The position numbers and the translations under genes were made by a program. DNA of 32,000 nucleotides. Origin: Bacteriovoracia bacterium (GTDB lineage Bacteria > Bdellovibrionota > UBA1018 > JBFWNL01). How positions within the stretch are numbered: position 1 is the stretch's first letter; every line of letters begins with the position of its first letter. Of the stretch, positions 1 to 8,378 are shown in pieces. Below the pieces are notes generated by a model. It was not told the DNA's origin and made no database searches. It worked only from the letters and a program-made list of their open reading frames with translations. The DNA is taken from contig JBFWNL010000002.1 in the NCBI GenBank assembly GCA_050251055.1, positions 223,814 to 255,813 of the forward strand. Direction: 5' to 3'.

Positions 1-1
1 C

Positions 2-1426
2 AATCCCGTGCAAACGCATGCGGTCGTTCGCAACAAGTTCAATACCCCCAACTACTCCGGAAGTCTGGGGGATTTGGCCTACGGTCACTATCTCTGGAAC
101 AGCACGAGCAATAACAACCAGCGGCCCACCTACCTCCCGGCGATTTGGGAAACCACCATCCCCACCCGATCCGGGGGAAGCGCGCCGATGACCAGCGTAC
201 TCAACAACGCCTTAATCTTTCGGGGCACGAGCATGCAGGCCGATGTCGGCCATGACATCGGACGCATTCTAGTTCCCCAGCCGGACTTATCCAAACCGAG
301 CGTCACCGGCATCGCCGCCGATAAGTTCGTCGAAGTCTCGCGGTATCTGGCGGCGAATTCCCAGATGCCTCTCTATCAAATTCCGGCCTTCGCCCAAGTT
401 TCGGCCAATGTGGAGCAAGGCCTGGGGTACAACTCCGCCTCCGGAACGGGTTTATATGTGGCGCGCGGCCGCGGTAGCTATGCCACCTGGCTACATAAGC
501 TTTTGGGGGGATTCAGCTTCGACAACCCGGCGATCAACCTCAACAACAAAGCCCTGATGGAACAATACATTTCGGCCGCCCTCCAAGAGCTAGGCGACTA
601 CCATAAGAGCGGAAAGCCCGGTGCGGCCAATCTGTACGACAGCTACCGAAACGCGGAAGATCTGTTCCGCCGTTCCTTCGGAAATCTGACCGACCAATGG
701 AACGCGCTCTACGCGAAGTACTTGGATCTGGCGAAACGCGCGGCCGCCAGCGTGCCCTACCTGATTCCCGCGGGTGGCACGGATCCTAACTCCGCCGGTT
801 TGAGCCACATGGCCACCGAGTTCGCGCTCATGGAGTTCATCCGCAGCAATGATCTGGTGGGCGTGACGACTTTCCACCGTCCCGGCACAATCGATACCGG
901 CACCTTCACCCACGATCTGGACGAGCACACCCAGGAAGGCCGTAACATGACCCGATCGGTGGTGGCGATGAACTACTGGATGCGCATGGTTGTCGCGATG
1001 ATTAACGAGTTTCGCACAGCCGTAGGCGCCACGCGCTGGGAGGACACCGTGGTCCAACTCGGTACCGAATTCGGTCGTGAACCCCGCTTTGCCCACACGG
1101 ACGGGAGCGAGCACGGACCAGATGCTTCGCATCTCCTAGCCTTCAGCGGAGCGATCCAGGAGTTCCAGTACGGCGGAAACGTTCAAAAAAATACGCAGCA
1201 AACCACCAACGGAACTACGTACAACCAAGGCTGCTACGGACGCTCGATTCCCGTCCAATACACCAACGACGTAGGCCAGCTGCTTACCGCCACGATCACT
1301 AACGAGCACATGGCCTCAACGATCGCGCGATTAGTCGGTGTGCCGTCACCGGTGACGGCAGCCTCGCTGGTGGAACAAGTAGGCGCGACGTTTAAACTTC
1401 GCACTGAATCTCCGAAAACCGTTTAG
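2..1426 (+). CDS. DUF1501-like protein, 5'-truncated at window edge
   Basis: Reading frame is open from base 2 (ORF track starts at an internal GTG at base 8). Motif 'DTVVQLGTEFGREPRFAHTDGSEHGPDASHLLAFSGA' resembles the DUF1501 C-terminal signature. It lies 11 nt before a cytochrome-motif protein, a common DUF1501 neighbourhood. Confidence 0.72.
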   Translation, partial: NPVQTHAVVRNKFNTPNYSGSLGDLAYGHYLWNSTSNNNQRPTYLPAIWETTIPTRSGGSAPMTSVLNNALIFRGTSMQADVGHDIGRILVPQPDLSKPSVTGIAADKFVEVSRYLAANSQMPLYQIPAFAQVSANVEQGLGYNSASGTGLYVARGRGSYATWLHKLLGGFSFDNPAINLNNKALMEQYISAALQELGDYHKSGKPGAANLYDSYRNAEDLFRRSFGNLTDQWNALYAKYLDLAKRAAASVPYLIPAGGTDPNSAGLSHMATEFALMEFIRSNDLVGVTTFHRPGTIDTGTFTHDLDEHTQEGRNMTRSVVAMNYWMRMVVAMINEFRTAVGATRWEDTVVQLGTEFGREPRFAHTDGSEHGPDASHLLAFSGAIQEFQYGGNVQKNTQQTTNGTTYNQGCYGRSIPVQYTNDVGQLLTATITNEHMASTIARLVGVPSPVTAASLVEQVGATFKLRTESPKTV

Positions 1427-1437
1427 AGGAGTCGACG

Positions 1438-4400
1438 ATGAGTATCTTTAAAAAACTCCTCGTATTCACCCAAATCCTGGGCTGCGTAACCGCCGCTGGC
1501 CTCACCGCAGGTTGCGGCCAGGTGAAGCTCTACAACGCCCAACGCCAACTCGCGAACCTTCAACAAAATCGGCCTGACGCATCATTAGAAGAAGAGTTTC
1601 GCCAGATCATGGACAAGCGCTGCACGAACTGCCACCGCGCCGGGGGATCGGTGCCGACCTCCCCGCTGGACCGCTCCGTCACTCTTCAGGCCATGACCGA
1701 TTCCGGCATGATCTTTCCGGGTAACGCTCCCCGTTCGAAGGTCTTCAATCGCCTCATCGGCGCCGGCGGATTGAACCCCACGCTTGAAAACATGCCCATG
1801 GGATCGGGCGCCCTCCCCTACGCCGAAATGGTGACCATCCGTCAATTTATCGAATCGCTTGGCGATCCCAGCCTCGTACCTCAGCTGGATTGGATCAGCC
1901 CAGCCGTAGGCCAGCGCTCAACCAATCAGCTCACGATGCCGTTCGTCGTGAGCTGCACCCGCGGATTTCCGGTTTCCGTGACCGGCCCGGACATCGCGCC
2001 GATTCAAACCGATTGTCCGCCCGGGGGCCAAATCAGCGGGACGTTGATGTTCACGCACGGCGGGACCTATCCGGCCGCGATCTCTGCCAAGCAACGCGTC
2101 TACTCACTCAATCTTCAATCCGACATCTCGATTGCCTTCGACAACGTCGCGCCCGTCGTGACCACCGACTTCCAGGCCAACCAGCAAGTGCTCGCGAGCG
2201 TCACCGCCGCCGGCAACTGCACCACCGGCGACAGCCAAGTAAAAATCCAGATTATCGGCGGTGCCATGTTCCTGGGCAATTGCGCGGCTGGACGCTACTC
2301 CATTCCCGTCACGTTCACCGCGCCCGACGGCAACAAAGATCTCGAAATCACTCAAACCGATGCCCTCCAAAACCAGGGCCGGGTCACTATTCGCCTCGTG
2401 CGTAACACCGCCGTCCCGCTCGTGACGATCACCCAGCCCGTAAACGGGCTGCGCACCCGCGTGGCTAACCAGCAGGTCCGCGGCGCGTGCGACCAAGCCA
2501 CTGTACGCGTGATTAGCTCCCGCATCATGGGATCACCCCAAGCGGGAAATTGCGTAAACGGGACATATAATGTCCCGGTGACTTTTCTGAGCCCCGATGG
2601 GCCCGTGGATATTCGCGTCGAATCGACCAACTCGCCCGGCACCGTGGGCTTTGCCCTGGGAAGTTACTTTCTAGACACGACCCCTCCGGCCGTGGTCGTT
2701 CAAGCCCCGCTCAGTGGAGCCACCGTTCCGACGACTACGGTCGCATTTGACGTGCTCTGTGAATCAGGCCGTAACGTCGATCTCTCGAGCTCGAACTCTG
2801 GTCTGGTTACTCCGAACGTCGTACTCTGCCCGGCCACAGGGCGCGCGCAGTTCAATGTCACGCTCTCGAGTATCCCTGGCGCCAAGAACATTCAAGTCGC
2901 GCAGACGGACGAGGCGCAAAACGTGACGCAGATCCCGCTTACGATCAACTACCAGCCTCCGCCTGCCCAGATGTTGGCCATTCTCTCTCCCGTGACGGGA
3001 ACGAGTTTCAATCAGGTTTCGATCCCCGCGCAAATTCGTTGCTCGACGAACGCGGGCGATGGGAACGTTACCGTTTCGGGCACGCGTATCACCAGTCTGA
3101 GCGCAGTCTGTCCGACCGGCGGCGTCTGGTCGGTTAACCTCACCGCGCAGCCGGGCGAGTACCAGAACTCGCCAATCAATGCCGCCCAGACGATCTCCGG
3201 CACGGGCCAGAACGTTTCCGTGCAATTTAGCATGGACACCACGCCACCTTCACTCACCACGACGTTGGTAAACGGTCAGCGGGTGCAACGCACTATCAAC
3301 GTGCAGGGAACTTGCTCGGAAAATGGCCGCGCCGTCACCGTGTCGGGAGATCTGATGAACACCATCAATACGAGCTGCAGTAACGGCAGCTACACCGCCG
3401 CCGTCACTCTGAGTGGATCTGACGGAAACAAGTATCTTTCGATCGAGCACCGAGACGCGGCGACGAACCCGACCGTGATCACCCGTCAAGTGATCCTAGA
3501 CACTATCCCGCCGGTGCTCACTATTGCGAGCCCGGCCCCCGGTAGTATCGTATCGTCGGCGAGCATCACCGTTACCGGCACCTGCGAAACCGGTCTCACG
3601 GTGAGCCTGGCGGGTAACATCAACGCGGCCCCGCAGACCACTACGTGCGCGGCCGGCACTTTTAGTAAGGCCGTGGCGCTCTCAGGCGGCGACGGCCCTA
3701 AACAAATCAACGCCTTTAGCGTCGATGGTGCGAATAATCGTACGGATGTGAACTTAAACCTCACGCTCGACGCCAGCGCTCCCAACGTAGTAATCACCAC
3801 CCCCGTGGAGGGCAGCTACCAGAACACCGCCGCCGTCAGTATCACTGGCACCTGCGAAAGTCCGATCCCAGTCGTCATTTCGGGCGGCCTCACTCAGACC
3901 TACAGCGCAGCCTGTAACGGTAATACATTTTCACAAGTGGCAACGCTGAGCGGGGGAGATGGTCCCAAAACCATCACCGCACGCCAAACCGACGGAGCAA
4001 ATAACGTCGGACAAAACTCGGTGACGGTAAACCTCGACACCCTGAATCCGGTCTTCGTCATCACCTTCCCCGCCAATAACGGCGATGTCGCCCCGCCTAC
4101 CCTAACCGTCACGGGCACCTGCGAAAACGGAAACCTACTAACGGTCACGGCCGCCGGCACCAGCGGATCGGTAACCTGCGCGGGCGGCGCCTTCTCGCGG
4201 GCCTTCGATATCTCGGCGATCCCATTCGGATTCTATCAGCTATCGGTAACCGCGCGCGATCAAGCGCTAAACATGAGCTCGCAGACGATCCCGTACTTTC
4301 GACTGCCCAACAACCCCACCAGTCCGTTCGGCAAGGCCCAACGTGTGATGGGCCGCTACTGTATGGGGTGCCACATGGAAATGGCGACCAACACCGAGGC

Positions 4401-5295
4401 CCAATACGTGGCTCCGCGCGTGATTCCCGGCAACCCGAACCAGAGTACGCTCACCATGCGCACCCGCTTTAGTCCCACCGGCGGGGCAAGTTCCACCATG
4501 CCTCTTAACCCCACTCTCTACAACGCGTTCACTCAGTCCGACTATAACGACCTGGCGAACTGGATCACCAACTACAGTGGTGGCGGAAGCGGCGGAAGTG
4601 GAGGTGGTGGTACCGGAACCACGGTTGCTACCGTACCCGGTGAGAAGTTGATCCTGATGGACCGATTTGCCCTGAAAAGTAAGCTTTCGAATATCTACGG
4701 CATCGCCACCGGTTCGGCCTATGGTAACGGACTCAATCCCGCCGACCGCTTGCTCGCGCAGGTCTCGATTTTCGGAGGGCCGTGCGACGCCACGAACATT
4801 TCTTACAGCAGTGCCGTCGCTAACGGAAACGTAATGGAGACCGCCCTCGCCCTCGACTCGGGAAAATGCGGCTACCAAGATTCCTACCCCGGACGTTATA
4901 GCATCGTCGACAATGAAGACCGTCGTGCGGCTACGCGTCCAATCTCGTTTCCTCCCCGCGAAGGCTTTCGTATCAAGTCGTGTTGGGACATCGGTTACAA
5001 GGACGGGGAATCAGTCTTCAACGACTACCTCAAGAACGCCATCAGCAACGCGACCGGAGTAGCGGTCGCGAGCATCGCCAACCACGTAAATACGAATCCC
5101 GTACCCAACGACGCCGAAATCCGTGCGGCCTATGAAATGTTCTATCCCCAAGGCGATCTGCCGACGGCTGCGCTCGATAAGCTGAAAACCGTAGCCACCC
5201 AGGCAAATTCCAGGTTCGGTTCAACCCGTAAATGGGAGGCATGGCGCTACTTACTCACCACCCTCTGCTTAAGTCCCGAATGGCAAGCGCAATAA
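1438..5295 (+). CDS. Large lipoprotein with two CxxCH cytochrome-c-like domains flanking a tandem bacterial Ig-like repeat array
   Basis: ATG preceded by gaggag. Lipobox-like LTAGC. CTNCH at residue 62 and CMGCH at residue 975. About eight to nine ~85-100 aa repeats of the type 'PVVTIxxPxxGxxxxxxxVxGTCExxxxVxxxG...CxxGxFxxxxxLxGGDGPKxIxAxxTDxAxN'. Confidence 0.85.
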   Translation: MSIFKKLLVFTQILGCVTAAGLTAGCGQVKLYNAQRQLANLQQNRPDASLEEEFRQIMDKRCTNCHRAGGSVPTSPLDRSVTLQAMTDSGMIFPGNAPRSKVFNRLIGAGGLNPTLENMPMGSGALPYAEMVTIRQFIESLGDPSLVPQLDWISPAVGQRSTNQLTMPFVVSCTRGFPVSVTGPDIAPIQTDCPPGGQISGTLMFTHGGTYPAAISAKQRVYSLNLQSDISIAFDNVAPVVTTDFQANQQVLASVTAAGNCTTGDSQVKIQIIGGAMFLGNCAAGRYSIPVTFTAPDGNKDLEITQTDALQNQGRVTIRLVRNTAVPLVTITQPVNGLRTRVANQQVRGACDQATVRVISSRIMGSPQAGNCVNGTYNVPVTFLSPDGPVDIRVESTNSPGTVGFALGSYFLDTTPPAVVVQAPLSGATVPTTTVAFDVLCESGRNVDLSSSNSGLVTPNVVLCPATGRAQFNVTLSSIPGAKNIQVAQTDEAQNVTQIPLTINYQPPPAQMLAILSPVTGTSFNQVSIPAQIRCSTNAGDGNVTVSGTRITSLSAVCPTGGVWSVNLTAQPGEYQNSPINAAQTISGTGQNVSVQFSMDTTPPSLTTTLVNGQRVQRTINVQGTCSENGRAVTVSGDLMNTINTSCSNGSYTAAVTLSGSDGNKYLSIEHRDAATNPTVITRQVILDTIPPVLTIASPAPGSIVSSASITVTGTCETGLTVSLAGNINAAPQTTTCAAGTFSKAVALSGGDGPKQINAFSVDGANNRTDVNLNLTLDASAPNVVITTPVEGSYQNTAAVSITGTCESPIPVVISGGLTQTYSAACNGNTFSQVATLSGGDGPKTITARQTDGANNVGQNSVTVNLDTLNPVFVITFPANNGDVAPPTLTVTGTCENGNLLTVTAAGTSGSVTCAGGAFSRAFDISAIPFGFYQLSVTARDQALNMSSQTIPYFRLPNNPTSPFGKAQRVMGRYCMGCHMEMATNTEAQYVAPRVIPGNPNQSTLTMRTRFSPTGGASSTMPLNPTLYNAFTQSDYNDLANWITNYSGGGSGGSGGGGTGTTVATVPGEKLILMDRFALKSKLSNIYGIATGSAYGNGLNPADRLLAQVSIFGGPCDATNISYSSAVANGNVMETALALDSGKCGYQDSYPGRYSIVDNEDRRAATRPISFPPREGFRIKSCWDIGYKDGESVFNDYLKNAISNATGVAVASIANHVNTNPVPNDAEIRAAYEMFYPQGDLPTAALDKLKTVATQANSRFGSTRKWEAWRYLLTTLCLSPEWQAQ
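1621..1635 (+). other. CxxCH heme-binding motif (CTNCH)
   Basis: tgc acg aac tgc cac in frame, residues 62-66. Confidence 0.8.
4360..4374 (+). other. CxxCH heme-binding motif (CMGCH)
   Basis: tgt atg ggg tgc cac in frame, residues 975-979. Followed by a plausible distal-Met segment 'STMPLNPTLYNAFTQSDYNDLANWI'. Confidence 0.8.
4576..4623 (+). other. Gly/Ser-rich flexible linker (SGGGSGGSGGGGTGTT)
   Basis: Low-complexity codons read directly, between the second cytochrome-like domain and the C-terminal domain. Confidence 0.8.
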
Positions 5296-5372
5296 AACGG
5301 TATCTGCCGTTAGACGCGCGGGGAGAAGGGATAAAAAAACCTCTCGGCTCACATAGCAGCTCCTTGGACAAC

Positions 5373-5391
5373 GCCCACGATACGGGCTTTT
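5373..5391 (+). terminator. Weak terminator-like hairpin GCCC-acgatac-GGGC-TTTT
   Basis: 4-bp stem plus T run in the intergenic region after the 1285-aa gene. Confidence 0.2.
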
Positions 5392-5455
5392 AGCAAGCCA
5401 TCGTTCGCGCAAATCCCAGTTGACGATTTCACTCCCTATCAAAGACAATTCAGGG

Positions 5456-6223
5456 ATGTTCCGACATCGACTCCAAAAAGCCCGAACCATTCGGGTGCAT
5501 GTGGACTGGCTAATATTGAGCTTCATTGCCGGATGCGTGAACGCGGGGGGGTTCCTGGGTGCGCATCGATTCGTAAGTCACGTCACGGGATTCGCGACCT
5601 TGTTCGGCGCCGAGGCTGCACGTGGGAAGTGGGACCAAGCGATCGGCATCCTCTCCGTCCCGGCTTTCTTCCTGCTGGGTGTGATCGTTTCCGCCTACCT
5701 CGTGGACAACCGTGTTCATCGGGGAAAGCGGCCGCACTACGCCACGGTCATGGCCCTGGTCTGCAGCTGCATGCTCGTTGCGGCGATCGGAGGACGTTTC
5801 CACTGGTTCGGCGAGTTCGGTAGCGAGCCCAAACTGAGCGCCGACTACTTCTTCTTGGCGCTGCTTTGCGCGGCCAGCGGTTTGCAGAACGCCGCGATTT
5901 CCAGCGCGTCCGGCGCCACCGTACGCACGACCCATCTAACGGGACTCACGACTGACCTGGGCATCGGATTCGTGCGCGCCCTTACGGACCGCGACCAATA
6001 CCGCGCCGAAATGCGCGCCACCCAGCACCGACTCGGCATGATCGCCACCTTCGCCAGCGGATCGGCGGTCGCCTCCTACGCTTTCTTAAAAGTGGCTTTC
6101 CTGGGATTTCTGCTGCCGGCGGGACTGGCCGCCTATCTGTTTTTCGAGGCGCTCGCCCCCTATCGGAGATTGCGCCGTTTACGCCGGGCTCAGTCCACGC
6201 AAAGCGCGGTCAAGTCTTTATAG
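5456..6223 (+). CDS. DUF1275 (YoaK-family) integral membrane protein
   Basis: 'VDWLILSFIAGCVNAGGFLGAHRFVSHVTGFATLFG' plus multiple hydrophobic helices. The ATG at 5456 is preferred over the upstream TTG at 5420. Confidence 0.85.
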   Translation: MFRHRLQKARTIRVHVDWLILSFIAGCVNAGGFLGAHRFVSHVTGFATLFGAEAARGKWDQAIGILSVPAFFLLGVIVSAYLVDNRVHRGKRPHYATVMALVCSCMLVAAIGGRFHWFGEFGSEPKLSADYFFLALLCAASGLQNAAISSASGATVRTTHLTGLTTDLGIGFVRALTDRDQYRAEMRATQHRLGMIATFASGSAVASYAFLKVAFLGFLLPAGLAAYLFFEALAPYRRLRRLRRAQSTQSAVKSL

Positions 6224-7476
6224 CTGTTTCCTTCGGCGCACCAGCTCCCAGAAACCGACCCGCACCCCGAACCGTCCAGGTACTTGCCTCCCATGTATTG
6301 AAAAACGTTGTTGAGCTTAGCGCAGTTCGACGGCCGTGAGTTTGCTCCGCAAACTTGCCGGGAGATCTCCAGCATCGGGTTCCCACCGTCCCGAATACCC
6401 ACATCCCGGCATTTCGCGTCCGAATAGTCTCCGTTGACGGTGCTGTTGCAAGCTACACCCAAGTCGTCCGCTTGACAGGCGGCCAGGAGATTCACGTCGG
6501 ACATGATCCCCTGCACGGGAAGCAGGTAGAAGTCATGGTCTTTATATCGGACGAAGAGATCCGCGGAGGGGGCATTCACGAAAACCATCCCTAGCTGACT
6601 CGCCATCTCGGTTGAAAAGGGCAAGACCGTACGTTTACTGTACTTGGAGTCCTTCCAAGTAACGCCCTTCGCTTGAACGCGGGTCAAATCGGCGTTCAGA
6701 AAATTCGATCCCGTGAAGTCAGCCCGATCCAAAACCGCGTCTTGCAGCACGGCTCGCTTGAAATTAGCCCTCGTAAACACGGCGGAGGTCAAATCGGCTT
6801 TCTCCAAGCGAGCCTTGGTGAAATCGATTTGGTCGCCGCGAGTATCACCCAAACGGGTGTTTTGCAGCAAAGCGTCTTTGAAAACCGCCCCGGTAAGGTC
6901 CGCTCCCTGCAGATCCGCTTCGACCAAAGTCGCCTGGGCAAAGTTCACCCTTTTGAACTGATTGCCCGACAGCTCGGCACCGTTGAGTTTGACCGCGAAG
7001 AAGTTCGCCTCGCTAAAGTCAGTCCGTGAAGACCTGACTAGCGAAAGATCCGATTCACGAAAGTCCGCGCGGACAAAGCGGGCTCCGTCGATTTGGGCGC
7101 CGGCGAACTGCACCCGCTTCATCGTGGCTTGCGTGAAATTAGTACGAACGAGCTTTGCATCGGTGAAGTCCGTGCCCGAGAGTATCGCGCCATCGAAGGC
7201 GGCTCCTTGCAGATTGGCCTTTTGGAAATCCGTTTTTTGCAAATCGGCCGAAGAAAACTGCGAGCCGCTCATGTCGACGCCGGCGAAACTAAAACGCCCG
7301 AGAACCACGCCGCGAAAATCCGAGCACTGACCAATATAAGTCGTATTCAGACCCGGCTCACCCTTCGCGTTCACGCACTTTCCGTCGGATGAATACCGAA
7401 ACCCAAGGTCACCCGCGAAAGAATTGATCGCCAAGAGCCAAATCCCACCCATCAGCAGCCCGAAACCTTTTTTCAT
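6190..7476 (-). CDS. Exported pentapeptide-repeat protein
   Basis: Long run of A(D/N)Lxx/xF-type pentads (e.g. 'SSADLQKTDFQKANLQGAAFDGAILSGTDF'). Signal-peptide-like start MKKGFGLLMGGIWLLAINSFAG from the ATG at 7476. Confidence 0.88.
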   Translation of the reverse strand: MKKGFGLLMGGIWLLAINSFAGDLGFRYSSDGKCVNAKGEPGLNTTYIGQCSDFRGVVLGRFSFAGVDMSGSQFSSADLQKTDFQKANLQGAAFDGAILSGTDFTDAKLVRTNFTQATMKRVQFAGAQIDGARFVRADFRESDLSLVRSSRTDFSEANFFAVKLNGAELSGNQFKRVNFAQATLVEADLQGADLTGAVFKDALLQNTRLGDTRGDQIDFTKARLEKADLTSAVFTRANFKRAVLQDAVLDRADFTGSNFLNADLTRVQAKGVTWKDSKYSKRTVLPFSTEMASQLGMVFVNAPSADLFVRYKDHDFYLLPVQGIMSDVNLLAACQADDLGVACNSTVNGDYSDAKCRDVGIRDGGNPMLEISRQVCGANSRPSNCAKLNNVFQYMGGKYLDGSGCGSVSGSWCAEGNSYKDLTALCVD

Positions 7477-7585
7477 GACAACATTAGAACATCCTCTCTC
7501 CCTATCGTCCATCACGGGGAGTAGCAGTATCCCGACGGTTTTGGTTTGAATAAAAACACAATAAAAACAGATATATACTTAAAAC

Positions 7586-7614
7586 TTGACTAAATAAGTT
7601 AGATAACTTATCTC
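7586..7614 (+). promoter_or_regulatory. Candidate sigma70 promoter with operator-like dyad (TTGACT-N17-TATCTC, ATAAGTT-agat-AACTTAT at 7594-7611)
   Basis: Perfect 7-bp inverted repeat with 4-bp spacer lying between the -35-like and -10-like hexamers, upstream of the 7656 gene. Confidence 0.4.
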
Positions 7615-7655
7615 CACCTTACTGAAATCCGAGTACATCGGTTCGTGGAGGTCAG

Positions 7656-8378
7656 ATGATGCGGTTTTTGAATGGTTTAGCCTTGGGTGCTTTAGCGGCG
7701 GCCTTAAATACGCCAACCGCACAAGCGGCCAAACCCGAAGTATTGGTGAAGAGCAGCTCGCATATGTTGCTGGGGCAGCCCGGCGGAGCAAAGCTGACGA
7801 TCAAAGTCGACACGCCGTACTCCCAAGTCCAACGCGAGATCAAGCGGAACTTTCTGACGCTCCTTCAAAGCTTGCCACGCGTGGCGCGTTCTCAGGTTTT
7901 TACCGAAGAGAAGCTAACTCCCACTTCGCAATCCAACGACGAACAGACGATCGCCGGCGCCCACACGCTGCTCATGCGCTTCGCCGACTCCCAGCTCATG
8001 CCGGAGTCGCTCTTTACCCTGAACGAAGAACGTCTCGAGTGCAAAGCCAAAACGGATTGCGATGCCCACGTCGAGCTTTCCCTGCAAGGTCCGGTGAAAT
8101 CGTACGCGGAGAAGATCGAAGCCCGTCCCATACAGAATCTAAACGGCAGCTTCACCCTGACCACCGGGGCGGAGCCTATCGACGCCAAAGACGTAACCAA
8201 GGGAACGACGATTTTTCTTTCCTTGCGCTTCCATGATGTCCGCTACTTGCATTTCCTCGCCGGATTGGTCGAGAAGAAGCAGCTAAAAACCCTGCCCACG
8301 GTCGATGAGCTCAACACGGGCTTCCTGATCTGGGCGAAATCCGCCGCGCCCCGCCTGGCGGCCGGAGGTGGCCAATGA
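7656..8378 (+). CDS. Exported protein of unknown function
   Basis: Signal peptide MMRFLNGLALGALAAALNTPTAQA. Stop overlaps the next start (ATGA at 8375-8378). Confidence 0.8.
   Translation: MMRFLNGLALGALAAALNTPTAQAAKPEVLVKSSSHMLLGQPGGAKLTIKVDTPYSQVQREIKRNFLTLLQSLPRVARSQVFTEEKLTPTSQSNDEQTIAGAHTLLMRFADSQLMPESLFTLNEERLECKAKTDCDAHVELSLQGPVKSYAEKIEARPIQNLNGSFTLTTGAEPIDAKDVTKGTTIFLSLRFHDVRYLHFLAGLVEKKQLKTLPTVDELNTGFLIWAKSAAPRLAAGGGQ

Noticed and set aside
590-1132. 180-aa minus-strand ORF
   Set aside because: Antisense to a well-supported DUF1501-like frame, with low-complexity composition.
4267-4878. 203-aa minus-strand ORF opposite the giant lipoprotein
   Set aside because: Shadow ORF in GC-rich coding DNA, with no signal or domain pattern. 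The sense frame has clear domain structure.
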